Below are positions 59,468 to 64,000 of a stretch of DNA of 64,000 bases, piece by piece. The stretch is from Octopus vulgaris. Lineage: Eukaryota. The stretch lies in contig OX597825.1 in assembly GCA_951406725.2 (NCBI GenBank), positions 56,358,001 through 56,422,000 of the forward strand, written 5' to 3'. The translations under genes and the position numbers were made by a program. The stretch's first letter is position 1. Each line of letters opens with the position of its first letter. The notes under the pieces were generated by a model. The model was given only the letters and a program-made list of their open reading frames with translations, ran no database searches and had not been told where the DNA came from.

Positions 59468-61369
59468 AAATATATATATATATATATATATACATATATT
59501 TATATATATATGTATGTATATATATATATATGTGAGTGTGTGCGCGTGTGTATGCTTACTGCAGCATTGACTTCCGTTGTTATAAATCCTCGATGAGATG
59601 TGTTAGTGCTGTATCTATACATATGTTGGAGCATTTTAGAAGCTGTATACAACATGATAAAAGATTTTACATTGGTTACACAACGATATAGATGATGAAG
59701 AACTTCAGCATTCAAAAATCAGAACAATATGTCTGTTATATAGACAAAGACAGCAAAAAATGTTCAATGACTAAAGAAATTAGATCCTAATAGATATCAA
59801 TAGTGAATAACTAAATAGAATATAAAATCTTGTATTATAATAAAAGCGGTAAAAATTGCGGAAAGTGAAAGCCAGATAATTTGTCATCAGTCTGGCTGAT
59901 TCTTTGAATTGAAATCCTGTATTTTAGCATTAAGGATCCTTTTCAATTATTCACAAAATATGCAGGGGAGAGTTTATGAGTTCAATGCTAACGGTTCTAA
60001 TTGCATCGGAAACTGAATATTCTAAAAAAGAAGGGTTATAGTCTTCTCATTCAGTACCGGACCTTTTATCCGCCATTCAGAATTTCGGAAATAGTATGCA
60101 ATATACTGTGCCTTGTATTGAGTCAACAGGCCCTGTTTCTGAAATAGTTACTTTACATATTGTGTGTTAAAAGTAGTCTAAATGATTAAAAATAAACTGA
60201 TAAAGATTAAAAGTTGTCTCTATGTGAACTGATAAAGATTAAACACACTCTGCTTAGAATTATGTTAATTTGTATCTGGATCTGTTAAATAAAATCATGT
60301 TTTCTACTTTCCTTCATTTAATTTTCATCCCTTAAACATTATATTGCATACATGGTACAGTATGATAAAAGAAAATACAGAAGATCAACTGCAGACAAAA
60401 TGTGTCCAGCACTGGGAGGAAACTGATAGATCACATGATTTCAGAGTTTTCTCCCCTTGTCACCTGTAGATATCCACTGTCATTGTAAGCTAATCCAATT
60501 ACGTCCATGCTGAAAAAAACCTTTTCACACACACACACTCTCAAACAAGCACACACATACATATATATGTGTGTGTGTGTAAAAAGTCATAAAACAAGAT
60601 GGAAGGAACAGGCTTTAATCACAAACACAATTGTTTCTGTGCATTAGTAATAGCTGTTGCTAAGTGTTCCATATCATATTACAATATAAATATGACCCAA
60701 CAGTATCAGTGTACTTGCGCATCCTCAGGAGAGTGGCTTTGCAAGCACTGCTGGATCCCGTCCAATTCAGCATTTCTTATACCCATATTATATTTTTAGC
60801 AATCTCTTCATAAATAATAATACGTAGATTGAAGTAAATTAATGGAAATAATAATCAAAAATATAGGTTGTAAAATAAATAAGCCAAAACTAGTCAGTTG
60901 AAATAAAAATAAAAATAAAAAGTATCAAATATAATTAGCAAAATATCAACAATGGGAAACTGGACATAATTTTGCAGTGCTCTCAAAGCCACTTACCTGA
61001 TGGCGTGCGAGTATACAGAATCTGAAAGACCATATTTATATAATATTCATATAATAATATGTATAATATGGAAAACTCAGCAATTAACAGCTGTTACTAA
61101 AGCACAGAGTCAAGTGCTGTGATTTTTTATTAAAGCCTGTTCCTTCGATCTTCTTATTTTTACAGCTATTTTTACATGAATTCTGCGTGCATTAACGGAT
61201 TTCTTCAAGTATATCCAGTAAAAAGAGTTATCCAGTTGTACGATGGCATATAGTAGCCGATAACCATATAGAAGCTTTGAGATGCCCGTTATGAAGTCAT
61301 TACCCAGATGATATAAAATAATATTGATTATTATTCCATACCCGGATAATTCGCTATCGTAACGGTACA

Positions 61370-63800
61370 TAAAGAGTAAGATGAAGTATATATGTCTACA
61401 CCGAGTAAGAGGAAATACTTGAAGCAACTGGAAGATTCGCTATTTTATCCTCGTTCAAGATATCTTTGACAAGAAAATTAAAATGGATAATAAGAAATAA
61501 TTCGAAGAAAAACTAAAGAATACATTTAAATCACTGAGGAACCGCCCATCTAATCGACATCTTGCACTGTTTGGGGAGAAACCATATAATAGAATTAAGA
61601 ATGTCAGATTTGGAAACAATTCCTTGGGCAAACAACCAGAAATTTAGACTATACTGGAGACCTGAAATATGCAAGAGGTGTATTAGTACAGGCTGATAAA
61701 ACCGGAAATTCATATTATGCCAACATTGAAACATATTAAAAAACTTATCATTAAAGAACTTAATAGTAAATATAATTATACACTAAGTGAAACATTAAAT
61801 GAGATAAATAAGAAGGGACATGAAATAATTACAGAGCTGGGAATTGAAGACAGAATAAAACTATATACACCTTGATGACCTAGAATTAATCTTAAAAACC
61901 ATAAGAGTAATTTTCACAGCTATCCATCAATTAGACTAATATGCCCGTCTAACGTGGAGGTAGGTTGAATCAGTAAAACTATTATAAATAAAATTTTATC
62001 AACGCTGAGATCCATAATTAAGCTTACGCTGTGGTCTGACACACTAGATATTATTCCTTGGTTTAAAAGCCTGGACAATAAAAATAGCTGCAAGTTTATA
62101 CATCTAGATATCTCTAATTGCTATTCCAATATCAATCCGATTAAACTTAATAAGGCACTTATATTCGTGAAGCGCAACTCTAATTTATCCAGACATGAGA
62201 TAGATATTATACTAGTTGCCCGTAATACAATAATTGCTTACGATAATAAGTCAGGGATGAGATCCAATACAATGGATTGTTTTAACATAACGATGGGATC
62301 AAATGACCAGCGCAGGTCACTGATCTCGTCGGCTTTTACATTCTTTTCCAGATGGAATCCTGGTTTCCTAGGTTAAGCGGGAATGACGTTATTTTTCTAG
62401 CAGAAGATTGTAGCTAAGTGGAAATGGGACGATATGGGAAAAAATATTAAAGTTCTTCAAAAAAATTTAGAACAGTCCATTACAATTGAGAATGATCACA
62501 AAGACGTGCGTTTTCTAGACGTAACACTTAATTTAAACACAGAGATTTTTGAATCATACTACAAACCAACTGAGAATCTAAGGTTTAAAAAAAATTATAT
62601 CATACGCACTCTGTATTTAAAAGCATTTTGAAACGTATATCCAATAGGATTTGCAGGTTATCTGCAAATGAAAAATATTTAATCACACGTTAGGTATTAC
62701 CATGCGGCACTGGCCAGTGCTAGATACAGTAGAAAAACTTAAGTATTCACTTAGCTATGTTATAATTAATCAATATAAAAATGAAAATAAGGAAAAGAGA
62801 AGAGATGTAGAGATAGTTCTACTAGTGAACATAAATATGGTGCAAATCTTAGGTAGATATCCAGGAAAGAAAAGCATACATTTAGAATCAGAATCTGATA
62901 GTTTGATTAGAATGAATACAAAAGTAATAAAGATAGAAGAAAGGCAGTTTGAAATAGGAACACAATGCCTACTTTTATTCTATAAGTAATGATTCTACTA
63001 AGGAAGATAATGATTACACCAAACTTAATATCAAATCTAATTAAGGTGACATCTTATAGTTCAGTGTTTGGACTACACGTAGCATCTAAAATTTTCCTCT
63101 GCATTTTCCTCTGACAGGCATATGGTGAAATTGTCATATGAAACATAATAAAAACCTTGAATACAAAATTCATAAAGTAGATAATAGAAAGTTGAATATG
63201 GTAAGCGTAAACTCTAAAAAATATCGTCTGGAATAGCGTATCTCCAAGGAGTGGAGAAGATAATAATGCTGGGAAACGGAGGATAAATCTGTTCAGATAA
63301 TCTTAATGTAAGTATAAATGTCGACATTAGGATTGATAATAGGAGTAACAACGAGAAAGGATTCAACACTAATAATAGTAGTGCTGTCAATAACAATAAT
63401 AATCACAATAAGAGGAAATATATGAAAACAAATATAAGGCGAAAACTGGTTGCAAATAATAAAGTAAAAATGTAATTGTAGGAATAAATAAGTATGTCCT
63501 TTGGCGAATGAATGTCTACGTAGAAACATATAAATGCACCGTAAAACCAAATGCCCATATATATGCATATATAGTTGCAACTAGCTAAACATTGAAGAAC
63601 TGCTGGAAGAACCATGCTGCATTATTTACAGAAAGCTGCAAGCGAAAATGCGTATCACTCGCAGACCTTATACTGGAACTCAAACGGAAAAATACAGCAC
63701 GGTTTCGACAAAACTACGGAATGCAAAACCATAAAACGTATACTCAAAAGTATGTAATGTAACTTCTGCATGGAAATGACACTTGAAATAATATTATGTA
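61370..63800 (+). mobile_element. Decayed Penelope-like element (RT region and probable GIY-YIG remnant)
   Basis: ADKTGN, LKNHKSNF..PSIRLICPS, W..TLDII.WF, FIHLDISNCYSNI, FNITMGS, VRFLDVTLNL..YKP; same RT type as 48110-49990. Confidence 0.75.
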
Positions 63801-64000
63801 GTGATTGTTTCGACAGGCATGATTATAATGTTGTTCACCTGAATTAGGTCAAATTTGTCATAATTTCTATGTATCTATGGTCATTTAGTTATATCAATCC
63901 GTCATTTACTCAGAAATGCTATTATAATGTTACAGTATATTTATTGGTATGTTTAAATGATATTATTTGTATTGCTGTCCACCTAAATTGTATAATGCCA

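Overview
Eukaryotic, AT-rich, microsatellite-saturated non-genic DNA. The SINE families and repeat landscape suggest an octopus or other cephalopod genome (inference). I could not support any host protein-coding gene, and most ORF-track entries are translated microsatellites. The window is mostly transposable elements and their remnants. (1) A young R4/Dong-type non-LTR retrotransposon (RT + CCHC + restriction-like endonuclease) with an intact 1270-aa ORF lies at 7216-11252 (-), with a near-identical, 5'-truncated, oppositely oriented copy at 34842-38556 (+); at least four older families of the same clade are present, mostly abutting (TAA)n. (2) RTE, CR1-group, mariner, Chapaev3 and Helentron-type remnants are present. 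(3) Penelope-like elements occur, one with an inverted pseudo-LTR. (4) There are three tRNA-derived SINE families. The most interesting signals are structural: several hammerhead ribozyme motifs, including a recurrent minimal variant with a non-canonical CUGUNGA core; a covarying 3'-UTR stem-loop shared by five R4/Dong families; a compact multi-hairpin island inside a Penelope 3' region; twin-priming-type 5' inversions in non-L1 elements; and a shared LINE/SINE 3' tail. All calls were made by eye, without database searches.
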